Shown: positions 19,818-29,889 of the stretch, in pieces
Layout of the letters: the number at the start of each line of letters is the position of its first letter
Numbering within the stretch: position 1 is the first letter of the stretch
Origin: Methanomicrobiales archaeon
Lineage (GTDB): Archaea; Halobacteriota; Methanomicrobia; Methanomicrobiales; Methanospirillaceae
NCBI GenBank assembly: GCA_026394765.1
Contig: JAPKXQ010000082.1
Coordinates: 1-59,676, forward strand
Length of the DNA: 59,676 nt
Direction of reading: 5' to 3'
Notes under the pieces: generated by a model
Database searches by the model: none
Seen by the model: only the letters and a program-made list of their open reading frames with translations
Told to the model about the DNA's origin: nothing
Made by a program: the position numbers and the translations under genes

Positions 19818-21667
19818 AGCGGTACCTCCAGGTCATCTCCCTTGATGATGCCCTCGCTCTGATAGACAAGGAGGTCCCGCGAAAGGTCAGCTCCGCGCGG
19901 GTGCCCCTCATGGCATCTGTGGGCAGGGTCACTGCTTCCCCAATCTATGCAGCCAACTCGGTCCCTGAGGTCCACCTCGCTGCTATGGACGGTATCGCGG
20001 TGCAGAGCAGTGAGACTGTGGGCGCATCAGATCAGAACCCAGTCATACTACCTGATGCCGTGATGGTCAATACCGGAGGTGTGGTGCCAGAAGGATACGA
20101 CGCAGTGGTGATGATCGAGGACGTCTGGAGAAGTGGGGACCAATTCATCGTCAGGAAGGCTGTAAGCCCCTGGCAACACATCCGCCCGGCCGGAGAGGAC
20201 ATCACGCAGACGGAGATGGTCCTCCCGTCTTTTCATGCGATACGGCCGCATGAGATCGGAGCGCTCGCCGCATATGGCGTCTCTGAACTCGATGTGATTG
20301 AAGTGAGTGTGGGTCTCATCCCAACAGGATCAGAACTCGTCCCTTCCGGGACCCGGCCCCTCCCAGGCCAGGTTGTCGAGAGCAATACTGCGATGGCCGA
20401 GGCCATGCTTATCGCACTCGGTGCCAGCTGCACCCGCTATCCTATAGTCCCTGACGACCCCGATGCCATCATGAGTGCCGTAAGTCAGGGCGCAGCTGCG
20501 CACGATCTCCTGATCGTCTCTGCCGGGTCTTCAGCTGGGACACGTGACTTCACTGCCCAGGTGATCGCTGAGCTCGGCACAGTCCTCGCTCATGGTGTCG
20601 CCATCAAGCCAGGTAAACCGGTTATCATCGGGAGAGTAGGGTCTACCCCGGTGGTAGGCATGCCCGGTTACCCCCTGTCAGCCCTGACCATCCTCCGTGA
20701 GGTCCTCCCCAGGCTTCTCTCCCGTTTCGGTCTCCCTCGTCGCACACCTGAGGAGATCGAGGCGGTACTGTCCTCGACCATCGCATCAGACCTGGGGATC
20801 GATGAATTTGTCTTTGTCGCAGTTGGGAAGGTGGCGGGCCGCTGGGTTGCAGCCCCCCTCTCCCGCGGTGCCGGTGTTCAGATGAGCGCGGTCCGGGCTA
20901 ACGGGGTCCTTTCCGTCCCTGCCAGTTCTGAAGGGTACGAAGCGGGGTCATCTGTCAGGGTGAGGCTCATGGTGGAGAGGGCCCAGGTCGATTCTGCCCT
21001 CCTCATCACCGGGAGCCATGACCCGGCCCTCGATATCCTATCAGATCTCCTCGCACAGGAGGGGTTCGAGGCACATTCGGCGCATACAGGGAGTATGGGT
21101 GGTTTAATAGCCCTTGGGAGGCGGGAGTGCCATGCCGCACCAACCCACCTCCTCGGCCCTGATGGAGAGTACAACACCTCGTTTGTCAGGCGTATCATAC
21201 CGGGTGAGGAGATCGTACTGGTAAGCGTCGCAGGGAGAGCCCAGGGAATAGTCTCTCGTGACGGGCTTGGGTTTGATGCGATAACCACCCACCGCTTTAT
21301 CAACCGGCAGAAGGGATCCGGGACAAGGCTCCTCCTTGACTACCTCCTCACGAAGGAGGGCATCTCGCATGAAAAGATCACCGGATACTCCCGGGAAGTC
21401 ACCACCCACCTTGCAGTTGCGCTTGCAGTTAAGTCAGGAGAAGCTGATATGGGCATGTGTGTAAAGAGTGCGGCATTTGCCCTCGACCTCCCCTTCGTAC
21501 CTGTTGCAGACGAGAGATATGAACTCGCCATCCGGACATCTGACTGGGATGATATTAGGATCAGGGCTCTCGTCCAGGCGATTGACTCAGTGATGTTTCA
21601 GGAAGCCCTCCATGCTCTCGGGGGGTACGACACCTCTATCTCCGGGAAGCAGCGGCGATTGCCCTGA
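19811..21667 (+). CDS. moeA: MoeA fused to a PBP-type (molybdate/tungstate-binding-like) domain
   Basis: MoeA motifs (AAMDG, PTGSEL, KPGKP), then GSHD...GSMGGL...INRQKGSGTR. Confidence 0.93.
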   Translation: MVKRYLQVISLDDALALIDKEVPRKVSSARVPLMASVGRVTASPIYAANSVPEVHLAAMDGIAVQSSETVGASDQNPVILPDAVMVNTGGVVPEGYDAVVMIEDVWRSGDQFIVRKAVSPWQHIRPAGEDITQTEMVLPSFHAIRPHEIGALAAYGVSELDVIEVSVGLIPTGSELVPSGTRPLPGQVVESNTAMAEAMLIALGASCTRYPIVPDDPDAIMSAVSQGAAAHDLLIVSAGSSAGTRDFTAQVIAELGTVLAHGVAIKPGKPVIIGRVGSTPVVGMPGYPLSALTILREVLPRLLSRFGLPRRTPEEIEAVLSSTIASDLGIDEFVFVAVGKVAGRWVAAPLSRGAGVQMSAVRANGVLSVPASSEGYEAGSSVRVRLMVERAQVDSALLITGSHDPALDILSDLLAQEGFEAHSAHTGSMGGLIALGRRECHAAPTHLLGPDGEYNTSFVRRIIPGEEIVLVSVAGRAQGIVSRDGLGFDAITTHRFINRQKGSGTRLLLDYLLTKEGISHEKITGYSREVTTHLAVALAVKSGEADMGMCVKSAAFALDLPFVPVADERYELAIRTSDWDDIRIRALVQAIDSVMFQEALHALGGYDTSISGKQRRLP

Positions 21668-22079
21668 CTACCGCAACTTTAGGGCTCTTGCAACTAATAA
21701 CTCCCGGAATATCCCATGTATGGAGGCCAAATACGGGACGACCGATCCTGCATGCGATCGCGATCTCTGATAGTGTGCCGTATGACCCCCCGACCGCAAT
21801 GACTACATCTGCGGACTGGACGAGGACAAAGTTCCTAGCATGGGAGAGGCAGCTCCTGATGACTACCTGGACATAGGGGTTTTCACCGTCCACTCCTGGA
21901 AGGACACCTACCGTGAGCCCTTCTTCCTCCCTCGCCCCCTGGCATGCCGCCTCCATGACTCCCCCAAGTCCTCCGCAGATGAGTGTAGCACCATTTCGGG
22001 CGACCTCGCGCCCCACCTCATAGGCGGTCCGCCACTCCTCACCAGTGCATGACCCCGCACCTATGATTGCGACCTGCAT
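21636..22079 (-). CDS. LOG family (TIGR00725-type) nucleotide-binding protein
   Basis: ICGGLGGVMEA, ARNFVLV, GGSYGTLSEI. Confidence 0.88.
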   Translation of the reverse strand: MQVAIIGAGSCTGEEWRTAYEVGREVARNGATLICGGLGGVMEAACQGAREEEGLTVGVLPGVDGENPYVQVVIRSCLSHARNFVLVQSADVVIAVGGSYGTLSEIAIACRIGRPVFGLHTWDIPGVISCKSPKVAVVRAIAAASRR

Positions 22080-22202
22080 GAGGCTGAATTGCGTTCAGAA
22101 GTGGTTAGAGCTTACGTTTTTTTTGAAATACCCGGAAATGAAAAGATAAGGCAGAAACCTGAGGGAAAACCTATTTTATGTTGCACAGGACACCAGAGCG
22201 TG

Positions 22203-22544
22203 ATGGTGCAGGTAGAGACCCTGCGACATGGACAGATCACAGTGGTGGTGATGCCACAGAGGTGTGACTCATATGTCGCAATGGATGTCGACAGAGCTCT
22301 CAAAGAAGTCATCAGTGAGGGCACGGGAATGATTGTATGTGATTTTTCAAAGACCGAGTATGTATCAAGTGGCCTTTTGAGGGTCCTCCTCGGATCCCAG
22401 AAAAACCTCAAGAAGAGGGGGGGCAACCTGACAGTAGCAGCACTCTCAAGCTATGTGCTGGAAGTCTTCGAGACAACTGGATTTACACGGATATTTTTCA
22501 TCTATACAGACACAGACGAGGCGCTCACGGCGCTTGGGAGGTAA
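22203..22544 (+). CDS. STAS domain protein (anti-sigma antagonist-like)
   Basis: CDFSKTEYVSSGLLRVLL...VLEVFETTGF. Start moved to the ATG at 22203. Confidence 0.85.
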   Translation: MVQVETLRHGQITVVVMPQRCDSYVAMDVDRALKEVISEGTGMIVCDFSKTEYVSSGLLRVLLGSQKNLKKRGGNLTVAALSSYVLEVFETTGFTRIFFIYTDTDEALTALGR

Positions 22545-22583
22545 GGTGAATAGGATGTTTATGACACCGGGGGGATCATTTCC

Positions 22584-24308
22584 ATGAAAGCCACAGTTGC
22601 TGACCTGATCTTTCAGTACCTCGATGTCCTCGGGGTGGAATACATATTTGGGGTGCCAGGGATGACCCTGGAGCCTTTCCTTGGAGCATGCAGAAAGAAT
22701 GGCAAGGTGATACCTGTCCTTACAAAGCACGAAGAGGGAGCTGCGTTTATGGCCGATGGCTATGCGAGGGTGCATGGCACGATGGGAGCATGCTTTGGTA
22801 CTTCAGGCCCGGGGGTCACCAACCTCATATCAGGTATTGCGAACTCATATGTCGACGAGGTACCGGTGATCGTCTTCACCGGTCAGATCCCGACATTCAC
22901 CAACAGGAAGGGAACTCTCCAGGACTCAACCCGTAAAGGGATCAACTCGGTCCAGCTCTTCGACCCGGTCTGCAAGAGTAGCGTGATCATCACTTCGAAG
23001 TACACCGCCCAGTACGATATCAGACAGGCACTGGAGTATGCCCTTTCAGGGAAGCGTGGCCCGGTCCATCTTAGTATCCCAAAAGATATCCAGGCAGCCG
23101 AGGTGGAGGTGGAAATGAAGCCTTCTGCCTTCACGCCCCCTGTTGCAGAGTACTTCGACCGCCGACTCGTCATCAATGCGGCAGAGGAACTTGTAAGGGC
23201 GGTCTCGCCTGTTATCCTTATTGGGAGCGGTGCAGTCGCATCGGGAGCATCTGAAGAGATAAAGGACCTTGCTGAGATGGTCAAGATCCCAGTCGCAACA
23301 ACCCCAAAGGCAAAGGGCGCGTTTCCCGAGGACCACCCACTCGCACTCGGTGTGCTGGGACTCGGAGGGTCCCCGCTCGCTGAGGCCTACATCAAGTCAG
23401 ATATGGTCGATCTCCTCCTCGTTGTGGGGGCGAGCCTGAACCAGGCCACGACCTTATCATGGGATCCTAAGATCGCACCATCGCGGTGCCTCATCCACAT
23501 CAACATCGATCCAACCGAGATTGGGGTGAACTACCATGCCGACATCCCGCTGGTGGGTGACGCCAGGACCATAGTAAACGAGATCTCCTTCCGGGTCCTT
23601 CGGTTCCTCGGTGACCAGGAGACTGTTGCGAGTGACCGTGAGGAGCAGATTGCCGCAATGAGGGGATCTGTTGGTACCTGCATTGCACCTGAAAAGATGA
23701 TGTCTAATGCAGTCCCCCTAAAGCCTCAGCGGCTGATCCGTGACCTCGAGGAGGCACTTCCAGATGACGCAATTCTCTTTACTGATGTAGGCAGCCACCT
23801 CATATGGGCGATCCACTACCTCAATGTGAAAAAGCCCGGATCTTTCATCGCACCCTTTGGCCTCCTCACGATGGGGTACGCCACCGCGGCTGCAATTGGA
23901 GGAAAGCTCGCTGCAAAGGAGAGGCCGGTCGTAGCCCTTGTCGGTGATGGCTGTTTCCAGATGAATGGGATGGAAGTGGCAACCGCGGTTAACTACAATG
24001 TCCCGGTGGTCTGGGTGATCATGAACAACGGAAGGCTTGGCCTGATCCATGCCTTGCAAAGGTACACCTTTGGGGATGACACCATCCTCACAAAGTTTTC
24101 CCAGGTCGACTTCGCCAGGATCGCCGAGGGGCTGGGAGCGGTCGGAGTCAGGGTAACATGTCCCGGAGAACTCACCAGGGCCCTTCCTGAAGCCATCCGG
24201 TCAGAGAGACCAACAGTTATCGACTGCATCATCGACCCTGATGAACTACCCCCGGTCACCCCGTTTGTCGAGGGGGCGCGAGAGTTTGCGATAAGAGCCC
24301 TCCTCTAG
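22584..24308 (+). CDS. thiamine diphosphate-dependent enzyme (acetolactate synthase-like)
   Basis: FGVPG, HEEGAAFMADGYAR, TSGPG, GDGCFQM...NN ThDP motif. Confidence 0.9.
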   Translation: MKATVADLIFQYLDVLGVEYIFGVPGMTLEPFLGACRKNGKVIPVLTKHEEGAAFMADGYARVHGTMGACFGTSGPGVTNLISGIANSYVDEVPVIVFTGQIPTFTNRKGTLQDSTRKGINSVQLFDPVCKSSVIITSKYTAQYDIRQALEYALSGKRGPVHLSIPKDIQAAEVEVEMKPSAFTPPVAEYFDRRLVINAAEELVRAVSPVILIGSGAVASGASEEIKDLAEMVKIPVATTPKAKGAFPEDHPLALGVLGLGGSPLAEAYIKSDMVDLLLVVGASLNQATTLSWDPKIAPSRCLIHINIDPTEIGVNYHADIPLVGDARTIVNEISFRVLRFLGDQETVASDREEQIAAMRGSVGTCIAPEKMMSNAVPLKPQRLIRDLEEALPDDAILFTDVGSHLIWAIHYLNVKKPGSFIAPFGLLTMGYATAAAIGGKLAAKERPVVALVGDGCFQMNGMEVATAVNYNVPVVWVIMNNGRLGLIHALQRYTFGDDTILTKFSQVDFARIAEGLGAVGVRVTCPGELTRALPEAIRSERPTVIDCIIDPDELPPVTPFVEGAREFAIRALL

Positions 24309-24455
24309 GAGGCGCAACCTTTTCACTCCTCCCCCAATCACAATAGTCCAAGCGTACGATCCCTTTTTACTCCCGTTCGTGGAGATCATGTAGGAAATCC
24401 CCCGGGTATGCGCCGATCTGGCGTGGACTGGGCGGACATGAAGAGGGGTTTTTAG

Positions 24456-27400
24456 GTGAAGGAAGTCACCAGCAACTACCGTGCAGGGGAGATCGAAGAC
24501 CGTGTACAGACCTACTGGAGGGAGAGCGAGGTCTATTCCAGAGTTAAAGACCAGGTGAGTTCAGGCCCGCCCTTCTTCTTTGTGGACGGTCCGCCCTACA
24601 CAACCGGGAATATCCATCTTGGGACTGCCTGGAACAAGATCATCAAAGACAGCATCCTCCGCTATCAGAGGATGCAGGGCAGCAATGTTATTGCCCGTGC
24701 CGGGTACGACATGCACGGCCTTCCGATCGAGGTGAGGGTCGAACAGAACCTGGGCTTCTCATCAAAAAAAGATATTGAGCAGTTTGGGATCGGACCTTTC
24801 ATTGAGGAGTGCCGCAGATTTGCCGCACACAACAAGGATCTGATGAGCGAGCAGTTCCAACGCCTCGGCGTATGGCTCGACTTCGAGGACCCTTACCAGA
24901 CCATGAGCCCTGAATATATCGAGGCAGCGTGGTGGACCCTGCAGAGGGCAGATGATACTGGGATGCTGGAGAGGGGGTCTCGCGTGGTGAACTGGTGCCC
25001 CAGGTGTGCCACAGCAATCGCAGATGCCGAGGTCGAGTACTGGGACGAGGAGGACCCTTCGATAGTGGTTAAGTTCCCGATCAGAGAGATGGAGGGGGAG
25101 TTCCTGGTGATATGGACCACCACTCCCTGGACCCTCCCTGCCAATGTGGCAGTAGCAGTCCACCCGGACATGATCTATGCCAGGGCGAGGGTGGAGAGGG
25201 GCGGCTTGACCGAGACACTCTGGATAGCAGAAGACCTCTTAAAACCGGTCTTAAAGCGGGGGCGCTACCAGTCATGTACAATTCTTGAGACCAGGAAGGG
25301 ATCCGATCTTGCTGGTATGCGCTATCGCTCTCCGCTCGCTGCGGTAGTTCCTGCACAGTCAGAGTTTGACCACCGGGTCGTCACCGCAGACTTCGTTACA
25401 GGTGAGAATACAGGCCTTGTCCACATAGCTCCTGGTCACGGGTGGGACGACTATCTCCTCGGGTGCCGTGAGGGACTGCCGATCTTCTGCCCGGTAGACG
25501 TCCAGGGCTGCTTCACTGACGAGGGGGGGGCTTTTTCCGGTATGTTCGTGAAAGCAGCCAACCCTGGCGTCCTTGAGGCGCTTGGCGACCACCTTATCAC
25601 CCAGGAGACAGTGAGCCACCGGTATGGTCACTGCTGGCGCTGCAAGACCCCTATCATATTCCGGGCAACCGAACAGTGGTTCCTGAAGATATCGGAACTG
25701 CGAGACGCCATGCTTGCCGAGGTTGAGAAGGTGCAGTGGTTCCCCGCATGGGCAGGCAGTGCACGCTTCCATGATTGGATCAAGGAGGCGCGGGACTGGT
25801 GCATCTCGCGCCAGCGGTACTGGGGGATCCCGATCCCTATCTGGCAGTGCCACTCCTGCGGGAGCCAGCGGGTGATAGGGACGATCGCTGAGCTCGAAGA
25901 GGCTTCAGGAGCACCACTGCCCGACCCCCATCGGCCCTATGTTGACCAGGTCACCATCCCCTGTTCTTGTGGGTCTGCCATGCGCCGGGTCGATGATATC
26001 TTTGATGTCTGGTTCGACTCGGCCGTTGCCTCCTGGGCGACGCTGCGGTTCCCCCGTGAACGAGAGGCATTCGATCAGCTCTGGCCCGCGGCCTTCATCA
26101 CCGAAGGGCAGGACCAGACGCGGGGATGGTTTTATTCCCAGTTGGGGGCGAGTACCATCGCGTTTGGGACCTCACCCTACCGCAGTGTGCTGATGCACGG
26201 TTTTGCCCTTGATGGCGAGGGGAGGAAGATGAGCAAGAGCCTTGGAAATGTGGTCACCCCGGATGAGGTGATATCTACCCAGGGCGTGGACGTCCTCCGC
26301 CTCTATGTCCTCTCATCGAGTGCTCCATGGGATGACTTAAGGTTCAACTGGGAGGGAGTGAGGACCGTTTCACGCGCCATCAATATATTCTGGAATGTCT
26401 ACCGCTTCCCTCTCCACTACATGATCCTCGATACATTCACTCCCGTAAGCGCGGGTGGGACATGGCAAGGGGACTATATCACCACCCATCTCTCCTCTCT
26501 TCCTGATGAGGACCGCTGGATAGTCTCCCGTGTCAATACCCTCGCAGCAGAGATGGCAGACGCCCTTGCAGAATGCTCACTTCACCGTGCTACAAGAGCG
26601 GCTCTCACTTTTATCCTTGAGGACCTCTCCCGGTGGTACGTCCAGCTCGTCCGCGCACGCATGTGGCTGGAGGGGGAGTCAGTCCCAAAGACGCAGGCCT
26701 ATGAAACGATATACTACGTCATGCGGACGGCAATCTCTCTTCTTGCACCATTTATACCCCATATCACCGAGGAGATGTATCGCAACATCAGGTGCGACAA
26801 AGACAAGGGGAGCGTCCATATGCTCAGGTGGCCTGCTCCTGCCCAGGATATGATGGACCCTGACCTTGAGCGGGACATGGCAATCGCCCGGTCCTTTGAC
26901 GAAGCACAAGCAAATGCACGTCAGGCCGGGAAGCGCAAGCTCAGATGGCCAGTCAGTCGCGTAACTGTTGCTGCGTCGTCTCCGACAGTTGCACAAGCGA
27001 TTCGGAGGCTTTCAGCGATATGCCAGGAGCGAGCGAATGCCAGGGACCTCGAGGTGGTGGAGGGGGTATGGGACCGCATCAGGTGGCGTGGGGAGCCGGT
27101 GATGAAAGTCCTTGGTCCAAAGTTTGGCAGGGCTGCTCCGGTCGTCCGCGACCTCATACTCGCTGCAGACAGTGCATCGATGCAGGAGGCCTTCTCGCGC
27201 GGGGACCAGTTCACCCTTCAGAAGGATGGGTCTTCTTATGATGTTGACCAGTCCTGCGTGGTCTTCCATGAGGAACTGCCACCCGACGCCTCCTCGGCAG
27301 AGATGGACGGCGGGAAGGTCTACATCGACCTCACCCTTGACGACAGCCTTGAAGCAGAGGCATACGCCCGGGAGGTCATCAGGAGGGTCCAGGAGATGCG

Positions 27401-27647
27401 ACGTACCCTGGACCTCGCAGTCGAGGAGTTCATCAGGGTGAGGGTAGCTATCGGGGACCCCAGAATTGCCACCCTTCTATCGTCCTCCTGGGAGGAAGGT
27501 ATCCAGACCGAGGTGCGCGCGCTGTCGGTTCAGATATCAGGTCCAGATAAGGCGTGCGATCAGGCAGTGACTCCTGCCCTGGTGCAGGACTGGGACGTGG
27601 AAGGGGTATCTTTCACCATACAGGTGACCCGGTCATCCGGTGAGTGA
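24456..27647 (+). CDS. ileS: isoleucyl-tRNA synthetase
   Basis: DGPPY, HLGT (HIGH), WTTTPWTLP, GTGLVH-like editing motif (NTGLVHIAPGHG), DWCISRQRYWG, KMSKS. Confidence 0.98.
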   Translation: MKEVTSNYRAGEIEDRVQTYWRESEVYSRVKDQVSSGPPFFFVDGPPYTTGNIHLGTAWNKIIKDSILRYQRMQGSNVIARAGYDMHGLPIEVRVEQNLGFSSKKDIEQFGIGPFIEECRRFAAHNKDLMSEQFQRLGVWLDFEDPYQTMSPEYIEAAWWTLQRADDTGMLERGSRVVNWCPRCATAIADAEVEYWDEEDPSIVVKFPIREMEGEFLVIWTTTPWTLPANVAVAVHPDMIYARARVERGGLTETLWIAEDLLKPVLKRGRYQSCTILETRKGSDLAGMRYRSPLAAVVPAQSEFDHRVVTADFVTGENTGLVHIAPGHGWDDYLLGCREGLPIFCPVDVQGCFTDEGGAFSGMFVKAANPGVLEALGDHLITQETVSHRYGHCWRCKTPIIFRATEQWFLKISELRDAMLAEVEKVQWFPAWAGSARFHDWIKEARDWCISRQRYWGIPIPIWQCHSCGSQRVIGTIAELEEASGAPLPDPHRPYVDQVTIPCSCGSAMRRVDDIFDVWFDSAVASWATLRFPREREAFDQLWPAAFITEGQDQTRGWFYSQLGASTIAFGTSPYRSVLMHGFALDGEGRKMSKSLGNVVTPDEVISTQGVDVLRLYVLSSSAPWDDLRFNWEGVRTVSRAINIFWNVYRFPLHYMILDTFTPVSAGGTWQGDYITTHLSSLPDEDRWIVSRVNTLAAEMADALAECSLHRATRAALTFILEDLSRWYVQLVRARMWLEGESVPKTQAYETIYYVMRTAISLLAPFIPHITEEMYRNIRCDKDKGSVHMLRWPAPAQDMMDPDLERDMAIARSFDEAQANARQAGKRKLRWPVSRVTVAASSPTVAQAIRRLSAICQERANARDLEVVEGVWDRIRWRGEPVMKVLGPKFGRAAPVVRDLILAADSASMQEAFSRGDQFTLQKDGSSYDVDQSCVVFHEELPPDASSAEMDGGKVYIDLTLDDSLEAEAYAREVIRRVQEMRRTLDLAVEEFIRVRVAIGDPRIATLLSSSWEEGIQTEVRALSVQISGPDKACDQAVTPALVQDWDVEGVSFTIQVTRSSGE

Positions 27648-28358
27648 AGAGAGAAGGGTTCTTCCTTCAGGAGATGAGAAGAGGGGAAGTTCCCAGTTTG
27701 CAGAGACAGTACTCCGAAAGACCTCAACGGGCTCTGATGTCCGCTGGTCGAAGCTATCCCTCTTCTCAACCTTTCGAAAGATAAGGATCCCGCGTCGCTG
27801 CCATGCGGGGGTCATCCCCAGGTTCACCCCCCGGCGGTACATCATATCATGGAGGGTGCGGGAAGGCTGGTTGAGCAGAGCTCGTGCCGCCTCCTGCGTG
27901 CTCATCCCCTCTCCGATGAGTGCCTGCTGGCAGTAGGCATTGATATGGTTACGCCATGCCTCGCCCTGCCGGTTGATGAGGTACTCGGTCGCGAGGGGGG
28001 CACTGACCTGGATCACCCGCGCATCGAATGAGAGTGGCGCAGGAGTTGTGAGTTCAAGGGTTAGGGCGCTCGCGGCGAATGATGCGACAACTGAATCCAT
28101 CTTCTCGACCCTCCCCCGGAAGGGGAGGTGGGTGAAGTAAAGGTTTATCTCATCTGAAAAGGTGAATGCGAGATCTGGAGAGAGGCCACTTTCAGTGAGG
28201 AGGCGAGTTGCGACCCTGACCATTGCTGATGCAAACTTCTCGTCAAAGGGCTTTTCCAGGGCGAGACCGTCTGCAAGGGAGTGGAACGACCGCCCATCGA
28301 TACGAATAAAGATAGGGGGTGCACAGAGGAGGTTGCTAAAGATCTCACGGCCCTTCAT
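27633..28358 (-). CDS. thg1: tRNA(His) guanylyltransferase Thg1 family
   Basis: IRIDGRSFH, KPFD, FSDEI, GRVEK, SFDAR, PAWQRRG. Confidence 0.94.
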   Translation of the reverse strand: MKGREIFSNLLCAPPIFIRIDGRSFHSLADGLALEKPFDEKFASAMVRVATRLLTESGLSPDLAFTFSDEINLYFTHLPFRGRVEKMDSVVASFAASALTLELTTPAPLSFDARVIQVSAPLATEYLINRQGEAWRNHINAYCQQALIGEGMSTQEAARALLNQPSRTLHDMMYRRGVNLGMTPAWQRRGILIFRKVEKRDSFDQRTSEPVEVFRSTVSANWELPLFSSPEGRTLLSSLTG

Positions 28359-28437
28359 GCGCTCCGCCTCCTTGGGACTAAAGGCCCAATGTCAGATAGT
28401 CCCTGCATATAACCCCGCAGGAGACCTGCGAGAGCGT

Positions 28438-28704
28438 TCAGCTCTCTTCAAAGTTCCCGGACCTGAATGCACCTGGGAGGTGCCTGATAATTGCGATGTC
28501 TCCTATGCTCCGAATTATACGAAACGGAATCTTCAGACCCTTGTAGTTCTTGATATCGACCAGCTCCGGGTTGAGCTTCCCTACCACGAGCGACTCGATC
28601 TTCTTTCCTTCGACGTCGATGATGACATCTTCCACCTCTCCCACAAAGATACTCTTCTCTGTGTAGATCTTAAGTTCAAAGAGATCTGTTATTTGCTTGC
28701 TCAT
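28438..28704 (-). CDS. single PRC-barrel protein (CdpB-like)
   Basis: IYTEKSIFVGEVEDVIID...IPFRIIRSIGDIAII. Confidence 0.88.
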   Translation of the reverse strand: MSKQITDLFELKIYTEKSIFVGEVEDVIIDVEGKKIESLVVGKLNPELVDIKNYKGLKIPFRIIRSIGDIAIIRHLPGAFRSGNFEES

Positions 28705-28755
28705 CCGGATCGTATCAACCTATAGGCTATATCAGTTAAAAAGATAATCCCCTCT

Positions 28756-29889
28756 ATGGATAGTTCTCTCAGGATAGGCTCTCTTTTTGGAATCCCAGTC
28801 CAGCTCCACGTCACTTTCCTTCTTGTAATCCCCCTCTTTGCCTGGATAATCGGCATTCAGATCCTCCCTACCATCGCCCTCCTGAGCGAGGTATTCGGTG
28901 TACAGGTAGACTCCACACTTATCACAAGGGGCAGCATGCCATTCATCCTCGGTGGTATCACCTCTCTTGGGCTCTTTTTCGGGGTCTTTCTCCACGAGGT
29001 GGCCCACTCCCTTATTGCGATGCGCAGTGGGATACGCATCGTAAGTATCACGCTCCTCATGTTCGGGGGCATCTCATCGATGGAAGAGGGGGAGCCAGAT
29101 CCTGCGGTTGAGCTCCCTATGGCCCTCGCCGGTCCTTTCACAAGCCTGGCGGCAGGACTTATCGCAGCAGGCCTCATGTACCTCGCCAATGCATTCGTGA
29201 CCCCGTCACCCGTCACAGGGGTACTGGTTTTTGTCTTTGGGTACCTGGCTCTCCTCAATGTCATGCTCTTTGCCTTCAACCTCATCCCCGCGTTCCCCAT
29301 GGACGGAGGTCGAGTGCTGCGCGCATGGCTCGCCACAAGGATGCCACTCTCCAGAGCAACCCGGATCGCGGCAACAATCGGAAAGGTATTTGCAGTTGCA
29401 TTTGGAATTATCGGCCTCATCCTCATAAACCCATTCCTCCTTCTCATCGCGTTCTTCATCTACACCGGCGCCTCCCAGGAGTTTTCCATTGTCAGATACA
29501 ATGTCCTCCTGAGGGACGTCACGGTGGGCGAGGTGATGAGCACCCCGGTCAAGACGATACCTGCCAACATGCCACTTGGGGAGATCCTCAAAGAGATGTA
29601 CACGAGTAAACACCTGGGTTTCCCGGTTGTCGACCATGGTGCTCCTGTGGGGATGGTCACTCTCGCTGACATCCACCGTGCCCCCCCTATCGATCGGGAC
29701 GCCATGCAGGCACGTGACATAATGACCCGTCACCTGGTGACGCTCCCGCCCGGTGCTCTCGTGCTCGAGGCCATGAAGATAATGGCAGCCAAGGATATCG
29801 GAAGGGTCGTCGTGGTAGAGGGAGACGCACTCGTCGGAGTTGTGACACGGACCGATATCATGAAGGTTGTCGAGATCCGGGACACTTAA
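28756..29889 (+). CDS. site-2 protease (M50) with a CBS pair
   Basis: HEVAH, ALAGP, FNLIPAFPMDGGR, two CBS domains. Confidence 0.94.
   Translation: MDSSLRIGSLFGIPVQLHVTFLLVIPLFAWIIGIQILPTIALLSEVFGVQVDSTLITRGSMPFILGGITSLGLFFGVFLHEVAHSLIAMRSGIRIVSITLLMFGGISSMEEGEPDPAVELPMALAGPFTSLAAGLIAAGLMYLANAFVTPSPVTGVLVFVFGYLALLNVMLFAFNLIPAFPMDGGRVLRAWLATRMPLSRATRIAATIGKVFAVAFGIIGLILINPFLLLIAFFIYTGASQEFSIVRYNVLLRDVTVGEVMSTPVKTIPANMPLGEILKEMYTSKHLGFPVVDHGAPVGMVTLADIHRAPPIDRDAMQARDIMTRHLVTLPPGALVLEAMKIMAAKDIGRVVVVEGDALVGVVTRTDIMKVVEIRDT

Noticed and set aside
27633..28358. Pyrrolysine or selenocysteine recoding (Thg1 has an amber codon in some Methanosarcina)
   Set aside because: Thg1 is uninterrupted, and no gene in the window shows a convincing in-frame stop read-through.
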